DNA of 64,000 nucleotides from a virus: IMG/VR virus record IMGVR_UViG_3300027708_000033, positions 32,001 to 96,000 of that record; one strand, 5' to 3'. Shown piece by piece: positions 45,501 to 52,685 of this stretch (position 1 is its first letter; each line of letters starts with the position of its first letter). The notes under the pieces were generated by a model. It saw only the letters and a program-made list of their open reading frames with translations, ran no database searches and was not told where the DNA came from. The position numbers and the translations under genes were made by a program.

Positions 45501-47372
45501 CTGAGCTAGCCACTCTGGAGTTACTAGTGTGGTCTTTGGCTTTCCGTTTTCGTCTAGAACTCTGTTGCCGTTCTCGTCTAGAATGTCGCGACCTAGATTT
45601 TTTGCTGACCAGTCAGAGAGCTTACTCTCAGGGTTCGTGTAGACGTTGAAACGTCCAATAATCTTGCCGTCTTTTACCTTGACAGCACCAAGTTGGACAG
45701 AGTCGTTGGTAATGTCCTGACCATCGTAGTCAGCGATACCAGTGGTCTCAAAGTCAAAGTAAGTAACAGTCTGGCCTTGTAGACGGTCTTGAACATCTTT
45801 CCAGCTCTGAGCACCTTGCATAATGTTCTGGAATTCACCAGTGAAAGCACCAGGAGTCGGAAGACGAGTTCCGCTTGCATCCATAGTCGCAGACTGGAAG
45901 TCGATACCCAGGTTGTCTAGTGAGCCTGGAACGCTTGGTGCAGTAGAAGTTGATTCTGCTGCCGGCTTTACTTCTGCCTTTGGAAGTTGCTTCTGACGGA
46001 CGTCGTAGATTCTTGCAGTCTTGTTGACCTCAAAGTATCTTTCCTTGCCAGTCTTTAGATTGCGAATCTTGATTCCGTACTTACCTGGGGCTTTGCCCTT
46101 GTAGATACCTAGAATCTCTTCTGTCGGAGGAAGTTCGTAACTAGGGTCTGCTTGGCGCTTCTTCAGCATGTTCTCCTCGGCGCCCTTAATCGGGTAGTAG
46201 TCTGGGAGCAAGTCGCCTGTGTAGAGCTGGTCTACTCTAAGGTCCTTCTTTAGATAAGTTGCTGCTTCAGCCTCTGCTGGCTGCTCAGTTCCACTGCCGA
46301 ACTCGTCGTCAGCTACCTTCTTGATGTGGGCCTGGATTGCTGGCCACTCAGCTGCATCTAGACCTTCAACTACATTACCGTTTTGGTCTTTTAGCTCGTA
46401 CTTCAAGTCTCCTTTAGGAGTGGCGATAAAGCCATCTTCAGTTGCAAAGTCACCATTTGGAAGTTTCTTCCAGTCGCTTGGAGCTTCTAGCTTATTTGCT
46501 AGAAGGTCTTTGATGTCCTGTGCACGCTTGACTGTGCTGGCCTTACCAGCTGGAAGTTCGATTCCAGCTTTTTTCAGCTGGTCAGTTGTAAGAACTACAC
46601 CTAGAGACTCAAAGTTGTCTAGGTTTACAGGAAGAATGTCTCCCTTCTTTAGACCTAGCGATGCGTCGTCTTCGGTGATGTAAAGTTCACCGGTGTTTGT
46701 GGTCGACGACCCGCCTACTAGAACACCTAGCTGGCTCTTTACCTTACTTCCGAAGCGAACTAAGAATGAACCCATGTGGCCTTCAAAGGCGAAGCGCTTT
46801 AGACGGTCACGAAGCTGGCGCTTTGCACGAGCACTACGTGCAGCTGAAGAGTTTCCATCTGCGATAAGTGCAACAAGGTCAAGCGGAATGTCTCTGCCTG
46901 CAGCTTCTAGACGCGCTAGAGCATGCATACGCTCGAGTGAACCGAACTCCATTGTCTGTATTGACGCGACTAACGGGCGAAGCTCTTCGGCAATCCTTGG
47001 GTCAGCAGACAGCCATTCGGCACGAGCTTCTGCAATAGCAGATGCAGTTAGTCCTGAGCGCGCTGCTGAAAGCGGGTGCGAGATTGGAAGCAGGTCAAAG
47101 TGTTCTGCTTTTTCATTAGTACGAAGACCTAGAGTTGCTAGTGTGATAAAACGGTCAACTGCACGCTCGACTGCGAAAGCACGAGCGCTAGCATCGGTGT
47201 GAGGTGTGCGAGCAAGAACTCTGTCCGCTACAGTCAACGCTGCAGTAAGTGGAACACGGCGAGCAGGAAGCACACGCGCATTAGCAATAAGCACAAGCTC
47301 TGCTATGTGAACTCTAATGCTAGGAGTGTCATCAATCTCTGGCACGTTTGGGTTTTCGTATTCGCTACTCAC
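36573..47372 (-). CDS. Giant 3599-aa polyvalent protein: DEDDh exonuclease, ADP-ribosyltransferase-like, HipA/PI3K-like kinase, WYL-like, SH3/KOW-like repeats, C-terminal ART-like domain
   Basis: FDFETTG..QNVPFD..HSADGD; HWT..SIIENGF..ETVIFN; GSNPGG..YVK..ENE.LA..DALLANWDVIG..DN..RVDPGG; VSFKY..RVVAP; GGLLS..ADYVF..YEVMF. Confidence 0.85.
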   Translation of the reverse strand: MSSEYENPNVPEIDDTPSIRVHIAELVLIANARVLPARRVPLTAALTVADRVLARTPHTDASARAFAVERAVDRFITLATLGLRTNEKAEHFDLLPISHPLSAARSGLTASAIAEARAEWLSADPRIAEELRPLVASIQTMEFGSLERMHALARLEAAGRDIPLDLVALIADGNSSAARSARAKRQLRDRLKRFAFEGHMGSFLVRFGSKVKSQLGVLVGGSSTTNTGELYITEDDASLGLKKGDILPVNLDNFESLGVVLTTDQLKKAGIELPAGKASTVKRAQDIKDLLANKLEAPSDWKKLPNGDFATEDGFIATPKGDLKYELKDQNGNVVEGLDAAEWPAIQAHIKKVADDEFGSGTEQPAEAEAATYLKKDLRVDQLYTGDLLPDYYPIKGAEENMLKKRQADPSYELPPTEEILGIYKGKAPGKYGIKIRNLKTGKERYFEVNKTARIYDVRQKQLPKAEVKPAAESTSTAPSVPGSLDNLGIDFQSATMDASGTRLPTPGAFTGEFQNIMQGAQSWKDVQDRLQGQTVTYFDFETTGIADYDGQDITNDSVQLGAVKVKDGKIIGRFNVYTNPESKLSDWSAKNLGRDILDENGNRVLDENGKPKTTLVTPEWLAQQKSKDDAIKEFMAFIGPNALLGGQNVPFDVEILKRMADDAGVKLDIAGTIDSKDLASLLPKYDPETGTDGPKAPDRKTGEIKATTSLGPVANFLGFEPANWHSADGDAEDAYNLVSRIIDRAAKEDNKDLSLLDFPAMKKRYEERMAEFKNVVSPNNPTTDNQKKALEEFSNSANPEIAAKAKDALASAKTRGEAAGVLQQLHAADSKATPQEETLVDKTGPEIKVGDVVVFPDGSRRTVAKKFSMDTGDRITFEDKKTTVLDEPNTLKVVSTSNAAASETAKPAAAEPFRWPTQRNLEKRTFWNPKEKKFVASKKETGTDELLSTGPLQNAPSKAITRVREALQQRITQLKSMDQSNPDVQNELARASRAFPFWREEELHSANGIVGEITMDDIDAGIEALGKYTKPGEDQQLNAEKNSSALAKIQFIVGKEVTGKTYSDPNEDPLRVTKWTGINRERASKLQLHTIRTTVDKKDLPPEQREEILRSLDNGTTVGEASNIINMLYKLPFRKGSQITPGTDPLNKNSDPFLERVKMLVAPYDLEFQLRDAIDFGGATKQDVLDLFSSEGELKSNIGKMLSYLNPEQSSQLKKDILDAAEKFGEGKANGSQPLPATKSTVAPINRPSKKQTEMIRSMLRERVMTSEERQGYMDRLASIDKFGVNTLFNELKVLPKAKVALTDGSDPLNQHTNPELAKIKEKLAPFDLDGSIRRSIDEKTANGGEITSQEIRDLLKGNKNWEGTSSSYSDYSQEGTSLNSALNAHKTEGEAQSSADAKAKSEETAKALSDKLDALKQGQASITPLSKEEHQSALDNLVSLISDSNDPENTVRSGILDGTLRNGDDIIAALNKQQIKNEYKTMSPTGFATGYKYISADESQRPEEWAIINAAYGLPAAPEGFEPQFVTNALKGYDNENGDLSKLINSGAPSKEIFDWLRTKSPGHWNSREGEYNTSWAVDFPTALDKARWKKFGELKSSIAALDKNEASTEAQPDIEFLSAVSERLPDGTIAAIDEELGKAFNGDTLSELISKISNEEDLQRVIDEISATRTSKAVKPQRNAQLQRVQDALIKKFYENHPELENTMAEPANIVVPAEAPAAPAADWKIDGYGDVIATDPETGYTLKTWHHKQGSNNGGVGGKVDEVIARLLDENGKVIAQKFFGEGHKISDGKAAAEQLLADMKARKPGTPDKNYAAIITDGSDIKSGELVHWTTPENAKSIIENGFNPEGKDTLGGSQWGIPGAMFVAEYGYGMSEYMASEYWATHPDAKEIAKLKVEIPAFEYSRQLNIVYKNDKKELETKAGLAATRASGAFDYIQKKREEEKASGNSMAEPVEHLIAQWAAQSGKYSAVSFPNGETVIFNRNQKDVTPETEAEVIADEKSVVPEIAPVEPAPVEQATDTVKNPFSSDNSDKLLAETGGSRSLVTGADMSIAMILDKQDIGYEPMLKGVSGNENVIQNLLDSLDESDGANSIAVAGDLYSLHDALYKEGAPVALTEYIKKLADSVDSFTPAEGGNKNNVVTVDTIKEEQAGSLDLSKWKKVGGQKGSNPGGTFENPATGEQVYVKAPKSQLHGENERLASAIYDAAGISSAKVLAGKDADGIDVTYSPMIDGAKQDLKKNLNNKEYMARLQQGFAIDALLANWDVIGLDYDNVVTDKNGEPVRVDPGGALLFRAQGSPKGGAFGEEVPELDAFTDKTSTRPSAKVFSQMSDEQKLESAKVLQNLSTSQIDELVDSIITDPAKQEELKTKLKARRQYILDKFGLSDKPAKKKNPEAGSSGKTKKLDVNGDNDSLKTQLEDAAKNGDLVSFKYNDKERVVAPTYVWTNPKNGNINLTGEEDGVSKNYTLQNFKPSEVDVPEEAPSEGSASSTITGDALKKIVDNAYEKYDPGVAQHSWDSKGIGESIMSHLGEIADDIKSGKDLDTNESAKKLRQLAAMYNELVDAVTSTEGEDGAEWSTKDSSIQDLIEGAKELESQADSISPKGGTTAKVETPTTPVAAPESTLLNLADEKVRTDTAQSIQSQLPDGYTASPEKGAGNTGFIMVKNEQDETVAMMTVSDDGKEYQVQNFKAGWKIESTSDLNDAMTKLVSATKIVNEGGQAVQLSDGTAGKMGSKVVHSKNGITGTIVGFQKDPNYVKVKPDSGGVIKIMSINQIKSNGSGGEPVSPTPAPNAPNAPSAETFIPQKSENMTMFSKSDGSLSKVIVVKNNNGTWDVVYDLNGPDFSQIHMDIEDRDEAESEALTALETNNFEPSTPEVKAEPAKPSGPKKFTFDFMTLPDVTDAPEIQPITDPTNPDKDSIKTDSAGTLIKPGAIVKDENGRVGVYRNPGYGDPNKMRMIWEDGSQDSVAPDTVTATGKYLTPGIAAAYAGVADLDFEKNSEPMLPVTGPALEDKNGKKIGFRNLVVDKNGDVGVVVENYSSDGYIKVAYPDGMKKRKANTLTALDTKYKKNIYNIQVAQKYFKNLDADKYNLPTFGATTKSGTSNKAPSGKLSVPKNGAGAKPQQIDQLGWDKSGFEGAPSLQELLTKVSTPGSGLAGGSIALDADAVEDLDLRIMAATGTDGKDAYLMKYKLTSWAGDELANKLLEMIQNNDPRVSATTGLSVPENLVDGDKVSFVPSLNGSSAKYKSGYGQTFIITLDDGTKIHFLRADVPTKHTSGSAKISSNGPRAYHNKVMIIAPKKDSTPESLALALNTGGVQDVRPSTKEDAKILIENRLMSILDEKVDPKSNPSGSERAASLQRIKDAWGITPENVTITTGAGGRIEMRLDPESAKKIANKTGIKVLRHTLRSSYSMQAAKQGETDEEARDRVAQYFVNRVSTPQGGLLSTTVRWSEGIPTSGQSSSRDIETGGADYVFTTPKSNTDSENSSLLPGLWFDAERTFQRLDFWANKGDQFGKRVGKSPIDQAVPGGYEVMFKGRLSFDDAAVLMVKDEDMRTRVITKLRQKGITQLGGRPLEAVVMTGPDYKAAKNTTK

Positions 47373-48790
47373 TAGCTAGCCCTTCCTCTGCGCGGCAGCA
47401 AATCTGCATCGCGACTTTCATAGAGATTTGTAGCAAGGTCCACAACTCGCTCAAACGGTGATTCATCATCTTGTGTAGCACGAAGCCATGTTGCTCGTAA
47501 AGCTGGAATGAGCTCGTAGCCTAAGCCTGAAATCTCAGCGCATGCAAGTAGCACGTGCTCTGGATTATCGTACTCATGTTCCTCACGGAGCTCGATAGTT
47601 AATTCAAGATAATCGTCTTCGACGTACGCACCTGCAGTCTTGCCCTTAGTCGAGCGAGGATGACCTGCTGGAAGAATGTCGTTGTCCTGCACGTAGTTAG
47701 CATTTGCAGGTTTACCTGTCTTCAACAAGTGCAGGTAAGCGTTTACACGTGCAAGTGCCCATTGGTCTCTGGTAATGCCAGTTCGATGTGAAGATGAATA
47801 AGCTCCAGCTCCACGACGGTAGACACGACGCAACTGGTTTAGAGTTACGTGATGTCCTTTCTTAGCACCTTGGTTATGTGATGCAACCTTGTTTCGTAGC
47901 ACGGCTTCGGTTTGAGCAGAGAAACGTACAGGTAACTTAGAACTGCCAGATGCAGAACCAGGTTTGTTTACCTTTGAGCCATGAATTCGGTCTTTTTTAG
48001 GTGCACGCTTAGACGGATTGGCAGCAGCCGTTACTGTCTCTTGCTTAGGTGAGTCTTCTGTAATCGGCCCGCCGACAACCCAGGCCGAACAAGTTCTTGA
48101 GGCAGCACACTTGAAATCAAAAGCTTCACAGTAACCAAGCTCGGCGGTGTCGATAGCGTCCCAAGCGTTTTGTGCACCAGAGTCTCCAGCAGCAAGACCA
48201 CCTTCAATACAGTCTAGCATCTTAGGTGTGCGAATAAACATGACACAAGTACCACAACGGCTCTTCTTAGCCTCAGTAACGGTCACAGACCAGCGGTTAG
48301 CCTTCTCAGCCCAGAACTCTTCGTTAGGTTCCTCAGGATTTAGAGGTCCATACTTTGCAACTTCAATTGCTTTCTCACGATTAGCAAGGTTTATAGCAAT
48401 GTCTTGAGTCGCAGGTGGGCAGACGCTTTCTTCCTCGGCTGCAGCAACTACAGGTGCAAGGTTCTGCTTCTTGAACGGCTCGACTTCGACAGGCGCCTTG
48501 CTCGGGTCGACAACACCATCTGGTATTACTGCAAAGCGGCAATAACCTTCTGGGTCAACATCAAAAGCAACGACGGCACATCCTTGGCCTCCACGATACA
48601 AGACACAGTTGCTGCATTTGACACCCATCTCAGCGTATGGATTATCTGCAGGTTCATGGTAGTCGGCCCAGATTCCGGTCTGGTCCTCGTTGAACTTACC
48701 GTACTTGTCCGCAATTTGGATAAGTGCGCGGGCAAGGTCCTGTTCCTCAGGAACTAGATTTCCGTCGGCCTGTATTGGACTGTCTGACAT
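47372..48790 (-). CDS. Multidomain head-module protein with two Cys-rich (HiPIP-like) domains and a basic helical domain
   Basis: CSNC-x8-C-x12-C; CGTC..YC-x6-C-x5-C..W; VYRRGAGAY..QWALARVNAYL..DILP.GHP. Confidence 0.75.
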   Translation of the reverse strand: MSDSPIQADGNLVPEEQDLARALIQIADKYGKFNEDQTGIWADYHEPADNPYAEMGVKCSNCVLYRGGQGCAVVAFDVDPEGYCRFAVIPDGVVDPSKAPVEVEPFKKQNLAPVVAAAEEESVCPPATQDIAINLANREKAIEVAKYGPLNPEEPNEEFWAEKANRWSVTVTEAKKSRCGTCVMFIRTPKMLDCIEGGLAAGDSGAQNAWDAIDTAELGYCEAFDFKCAASRTCSAWVVGGPITEDSPKQETVTAAANPSKRAPKKDRIHGSKVNKPGSASGSSKLPVRFSAQTEAVLRNKVASHNQGAKKGHHVTLNQLRRVYRRGAGAYSSSHRTGITRDQWALARVNAYLHLLKTGKPANANYVQDNDILPAGHPRSTKGKTAGAYVEDDYLELTIELREEHEYDNPEHVLLACAEISGLGYELIPALRATWLRATQDDESPFERVVDLATNLYESRDADLLPRRGRAS

Positions 48791-48812
48791 GGTGAACCTC
48801 TTGAGATAGGGC

Positions 48813-49370
48813 TTAGTTTAGGTACTGCTCGTCTTCTGCTACCATCATGTCTTCTACTGGAGGCGTCATGCCTTCCATGTCATTGTCTGCTGCAATAGGC
48901 TGCTTGTTCTGGTTTAGAGTAGCGCGAAGCTTCCAACCAAGTTTGCCATGGTCACCTTGCAAGTCAGCCATGATGTTTGCAATTCCCTGCTCACGGCAGT
49001 CTGTTGCAATGTCAAAGATGCTCTTGACGTGTTCGATGTACATGTTGTTTACTTCTAGAAGAGCTTCACACATGCTAATTGGGTCGTCACCTGCGTTGAC
49101 GCTTGTGATACCACTCAGCGAAGCAAAGTCGCTAAGCAAGAAAGGTGCATCGTAGTCTAGCTGACGAATAAGCTCAGCAATGGTGTCAATATTCTCCTCG
49201 GCTTCTTCATAGATGTCACCAAAGAAGCTGTGAAACTCGGTGAAGTCGTGACCCTTGACATTCCAGTGGAAGCCGTGAGCTAGAAACTTGAATGCGACTG
49301 TTTCGCCTAGAAGACCAGTTAGCTCGCTAGCGAGTAGTTCTTTATGGTCAATGCCATCGTTTTCATACAT
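48813..49370 (-). CDS. dps: Dps / ferritin-like DNA-protection protein
   Basis: HGFHWNVKGHDFTEFHSFFGDIYEE...IDTIAE ferroxidase signature; C-term H.K..W.L. Confidence 0.9.
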   Translation of the reverse strand: MYENDGIDHKELLASELTGLLGETVAFKFLAHGFHWNVKGHDFTEFHSFFGDIYEEAEENIDTIAELIRQLDYDAPFLLSDFASLSGITSVNAGDDPISMCEALLEVNNMYIEHVKSIFDIATDCREQGIANIMADLQGDHGKLGWKLRATLNQNKQPIAADNDMEGMTPPVEDMMVAEDEQYLN

Positions 49371-49382
49371 GTTGTTTTTTCC

Positions 49383-51071
49383 TTATTCCTGGGTAGGGGT
49401 TTCTGAAGTTGGTGCTGGTGTTTCTGGTGCTGGTGCTTCTGCAGCAACAGGTTGCCCAGCTAGAACATCTGCCACACTCTGTGGCATCGGTGCTGGATTA
49501 GCGGCCTGACTTGCAGCGCGAGCTGCGTTCATAACTTCTGGAGCCAACGCGGCAAGCATTGACTCTGTCAGGTCAGGTGAGATAGCTGCCTTCTCAAAGA
49601 GAAGACGGAGTGCAATTTCCTTGGCGTCTGGTGCATCTGCATCTGCGAAGCCGTGAGCACGGCGCCAAGTTTCAAAGCTGATTGCCATCTTGTCAAAGCC
49701 TGAGTCGGCGTCAGCTGCACGGTCGTTGCGAGTTGCAACCTGTGATGGGTCAAACCAAACAACAATACGGTCGACAGCTGCCTCGTCGAAGCCGTTAGCC
49801 TTTAGATACGGACGCAAGTATACAACTGTGATAGCGTCTGCAACAAGTAGCATTAGAGGTTCGATGTGTGCCTTGTAAAGTGCCTCATCGATTTGCAAAG
49901 CGTTTGAGTACTTGACGTTTGCAAGACCGGTGACGACATCCTTTGGAACGTCTAGACCCTGCAAGATTCTCTCTAGCACACGGTCTGCACGCTGAACAAG
50001 CGCGCCATCGAAACTACGCTCAAACTTGAACTGCTTGATTTTGTCACCAAGGTCAGCAGGTCCACGAATAATAAGTGGAACGACAGCGCTAGCTGATTCC
50101 TCATCACGAATAGGTGTGGTCATTGCGTCAACGAGCTGGTCTTCAAACTCGTCTTGCATTTCCTCTGGAGTCGGCTCAGTGTATTCACCATCGACATCAT
50201 ACGGGAATGCCGGGTCAGGACCTGCAGCAACCGAGAGACCGTCTGGCAAGTATAGAGCGCCAGCGTTTAGACGTGAACGTGCAGTTGCACGGAACGTACG
50301 GTTTAGAAGTAGAAGTTCAGCACAAAGGTCTAGAAGACCACGTAGACTTGAATCGGCTTCTTCAGAGTAGCGAGGGTGAGCACGCCAGATGCGACCAACA
50401 AAAGAACCGTTTGGAAGCAAGATGTTACCTGATTTAGTAGATGGCTGTGAGCCTCCAGCCATGCCGGTTTGGTCACGTCTAGGCTGGATGAAGTAGTTTC
50501 CTTTTTGGTCAATCAAAAGCTCGTCAACCGAGCGAATGTCCCAGCTCTCAGGAATCTGGTGACCGATACGTGGAGGAATCTGAACCAGGTAGCATTCACC
50601 TGTCACAGAAAGGTTTAGTGCAGCGTCACGTAGAAGACCGGCTTGGCCTCCGTAAGCTGAATCAAGACGAGTTAGCGCACGTTCAGCAGCAGCGCTCAGT
50701 CTAGGGTCCACAGATGGAACGTCACGAATCGGTGACGGTGCTTGAGCAGGATTATCAACGACTGCAGCATAGAGACGGATTCTAGAGACAACGTTTGAAA
50801 CAAGGTTGAAAGCGTACTTGATTTCGCCGATAGCGTCGTAGTACTCCCAGGCTTCTGACTGCCAGCCGTTTATACCTGCAGTACGACGCATTCTGAAGCG
50901 CTCGGCTTCACCTTTGTCGGCAACATTTAGTTGGACAGCCGCAGCTGTGATACCGCGAGGTGTGTTGAAAGGAGCAACTGGAACTGAAGAGTAACTGCTT
51001 GATAAGCTGCCAACGATAGGGCGCTGAGGTTGAGACTGAGGCTGATTATCATCGCGCCTAAATACAGCCAT
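49383..51071 (-). CDS. Portal protein
   Basis: WQSEAWEYYDAIGEIKYA, NL.V.GE..L, RIWR.HPR..EADS, SASAVVP, R..QGLD.P; first gene of head module. Confidence 0.88.
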   Translation of the reverse strand: MAVFRRDDNQPQSQPQRPIVGSLSSSYSSVPVAPFNTPRGITAAAVQLNVADKGEAERFRMRRTAGINGWQSEAWEYYDAIGEIKYAFNLVSNVVSRIRLYAAVVDNPAQAPSPIRDVPSVDPRLSAAAERALTRLDSAYGGQAGLLRDAALNLSVTGECYLVQIPPRIGHQIPESWDIRSVDELLIDQKGNYFIQPRRDQTGMAGGSQPSTKSGNILLPNGSFVGRIWRAHPRYSEEADSSLRGLLDLCAELLLLNRTFRATARSRLNAGALYLPDGLSVAAGPDPAFPYDVDGEYTEPTPEEMQDEFEDQLVDAMTTPIRDEESASAVVPLIIRGPADLGDKIKQFKFERSFDGALVQRADRVLERILQGLDVPKDVVTGLANVKYSNALQIDEALYKAHIEPLMLLVADAITVVYLRPYLKANGFDEAAVDRIVVWFDPSQVATRNDRAADADSGFDKMAISFETWRRAHGFADADAPDAKEIALRLLFEKAAISPDLTESMLAALAPEVMNAARAASQAANPAPMPQSVADVLAGQPVAAEAPAPETPAPTSETPTQE

Positions 51072-51121
51072 GTGGGTTGACTCCTCGTCCTCTGCTAACG
51101 GAACAACAGGTGCTAGTGTTA

Positions 51122-51448
51122 CTAAGCATCAAGTCGTGCGGCTATTATTGCAGCAACAGCGCTCAAGGCTGGGATAAGCAAGAGCGCGACAGTTGCCGTT
51201 GGAATTATTGTATACGGAATAACAATAAGTGATGCGACCCAAATTGACATGCACCAGTTACATGTAAACAGGTAACCGAACCATGAGCGGTCAGGTGGGA
51301 ACTTGTCAAAAAGTTTATTGCGTGGAACGTCAAAGATGTAGTCGGTCGTAATCAAGCGTGTGATGCGAAACACTGCTAACGCTAAAATTACGAGGGCTAC
51401 AGGATTTAGTAGGTCGAAGTTTTCTGAAATGGTAAATGGAAGTGTCAT
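51122..51448 (-). CDS. DUF1360-like membrane protein
   Basis: LALAVFRITRLITTD.I..PR, YLFTCNWCMSIW, hydrophobic helices. Confidence 0.8.
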   Translation of the reverse strand: MTLPFTISENFDLLNPVALVILALAVFRITRLITTDYIFDVPRNKLFDKFPPDRSWFGYLFTCNWCMSIWVASLIVIPYTIIPTATVALLLIPALSAVAAIIAARLDA

Positions 51449-51460
51449 TGCTACCTGTCC

Positions 51461-51853
51461 TTAGTTTCTGTTTGATGTAACTGAATCGATACGACCGAAT
51501 GGACGCCAACCTCGCAGGCGTGAACCACATGAGCAGTCTTCGCTTTTTCGGTATGCAACGTAAATCGGGCTAGATGAATCTCCAGGAATCGTCGTTAGTG
51601 TCGAGTCTGTAGAAACGTTTTTTGATAGCTGCGCAGTGGCTTGGTCATAAAGCTGGTTGAACACAACCAAAGGTCCTTCAGGCGAGTCAGTGGCAACGAT
51701 AATACGTTCAGCAGTGACAATGACCCTTGACCTGTCAAGGCGGCGTGCATTTAGCACTGTCGCCGGGTTAGATGCTGTCAACTGGGACTCTTGAGTAGGT
51801 GCGACACTGGTCATTGAAACAACCGCTGGAAAGATGTCATGGATTATGTTCAC
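51461..51853 (-). CDS. Hypothetical protein (C-term CSCGSRL)
   Basis: Coupled to the upstream HTH gene by ATGA overlap. Confidence 0.7.
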   Translation of the reverse strand: MNIIHDIFPAVVSMTSVAPTQESQLTASNPATVLNARRLDRSRVIVTAERIIVATDSPEGPLVVFNQLYDQATAQLSKNVSTDSTLTTIPGDSSSPIYVAYRKSEDCSCGSRLRGWRPFGRIDSVTSNRN

Positions 51854-52398
51854 GGTCGAGTAGGACTCTTTCTCTTTGGCTGTGCAGATGGACGGCCAAG
51901 GCGACGTGCCATGGCGCGGTACGTGACACCGGCAGCGTTTGCCAGTTCGCGGATGGTTACTCCTGATGAGTACAGAGTCTTGCAGATGTGTGACATCTCA
52001 CCATTCGCTAAAGCCGGCGAGGACATCGGTGCAACTCTAGCGCGATACCTTCTGGCGACAGGAGCCAACTCGGCGAGACGTTTACGGGCATCTTCAGGGA
52101 TACCTGGAGAAACTCGCTTTGGTCTAGGAGCTTTCTGGTTTGCCCGTTCCTGGTAAGTTGGCGCCGTGACTGGAGAACTACTGTCAACGGTTGGCAACTG
52201 TGCCAAAACCCAGACGTGGACTGTGGACCGAGGCCTAGGCGGAGTCAATGACTCGCCGATGGTTTGAAGTGTCCAACCTTGCTGGTAAAGAACTGCGCAT
52301 CGTTGGTGCAGCGTCTTGCCGGTAAGGGTGCGCAACAACGCGACCTCATGCCCTGGAAGACTTTGCCCTCTCGCCGGGCGACGCTCTACGTTTGCCAT
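51850..52398 (-). CDS. Helix-turn-helix DNA-binding protein, possibly from a leaderless transcript
   Basis: GWTLQTIGE..RSTVHVW and GVTIRELANAAGVTYRAMARRL; - strand TACAAT ends 6 nt before the ATG at 52398. Confidence 0.8.
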   Translation of the reverse strand: MANVERRPARGQSLPGHEVALLRTLTGKTLHQRCAVLYQQGWTLQTIGESLTPPRPRSTVHVWVLAQLPTVDSSSPVTAPTYQERANQKAPRPKRVSPGIPEDARKRLAELAPVARRYRARVAPMSSPALANGEMSHICKTLYSSGVTIRELANAAGVTYRAMARRLGRPSAQPKRKSPTRP

Positions 52399-52685
52399 GA
52401 CTTCATTGTACACCTCGATTGGGAAGTGTACACGAGGCCGGAAGAAACTTGTACAGAAGGAAAAGATGATACCTTAGGGTCCACTGCTCTTGGAGTCCAG
52501 GAAGGAAGTGGGTGTATTGGGACCGCGACGGAAACGTTTCGGGAGAAAAAAGGACTAAAGAGATTTTTTTGTGCGAATTTCCGGAAAACATGATTTCTAG
52601 TTACGAGATGCGAAACGAAAACTAAGAGCGCGAGACATCGCGAAGAAAAAGTTTGATGGAATTCTGACAGAGAAAAAAGTCTCGT

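Noticed and set aside
36573-47372. Giant ORF as a virion RNA polymerase, intein-containing protein or tape measure
   Set aside because: No DxDGD or T7-type polymerase motifs and no intein splice or LAGLIDADG motifs noticed; a separate tape measure gene exists
17-52330. Many + strand ORFs of 60-240 aa in the ORF track (e.g. 29944-30663, 44191-44895, 8981-9958)
   Set aside because: Antisense shadows of long - strand genes with clear motifs; no RBS or recognisable domains
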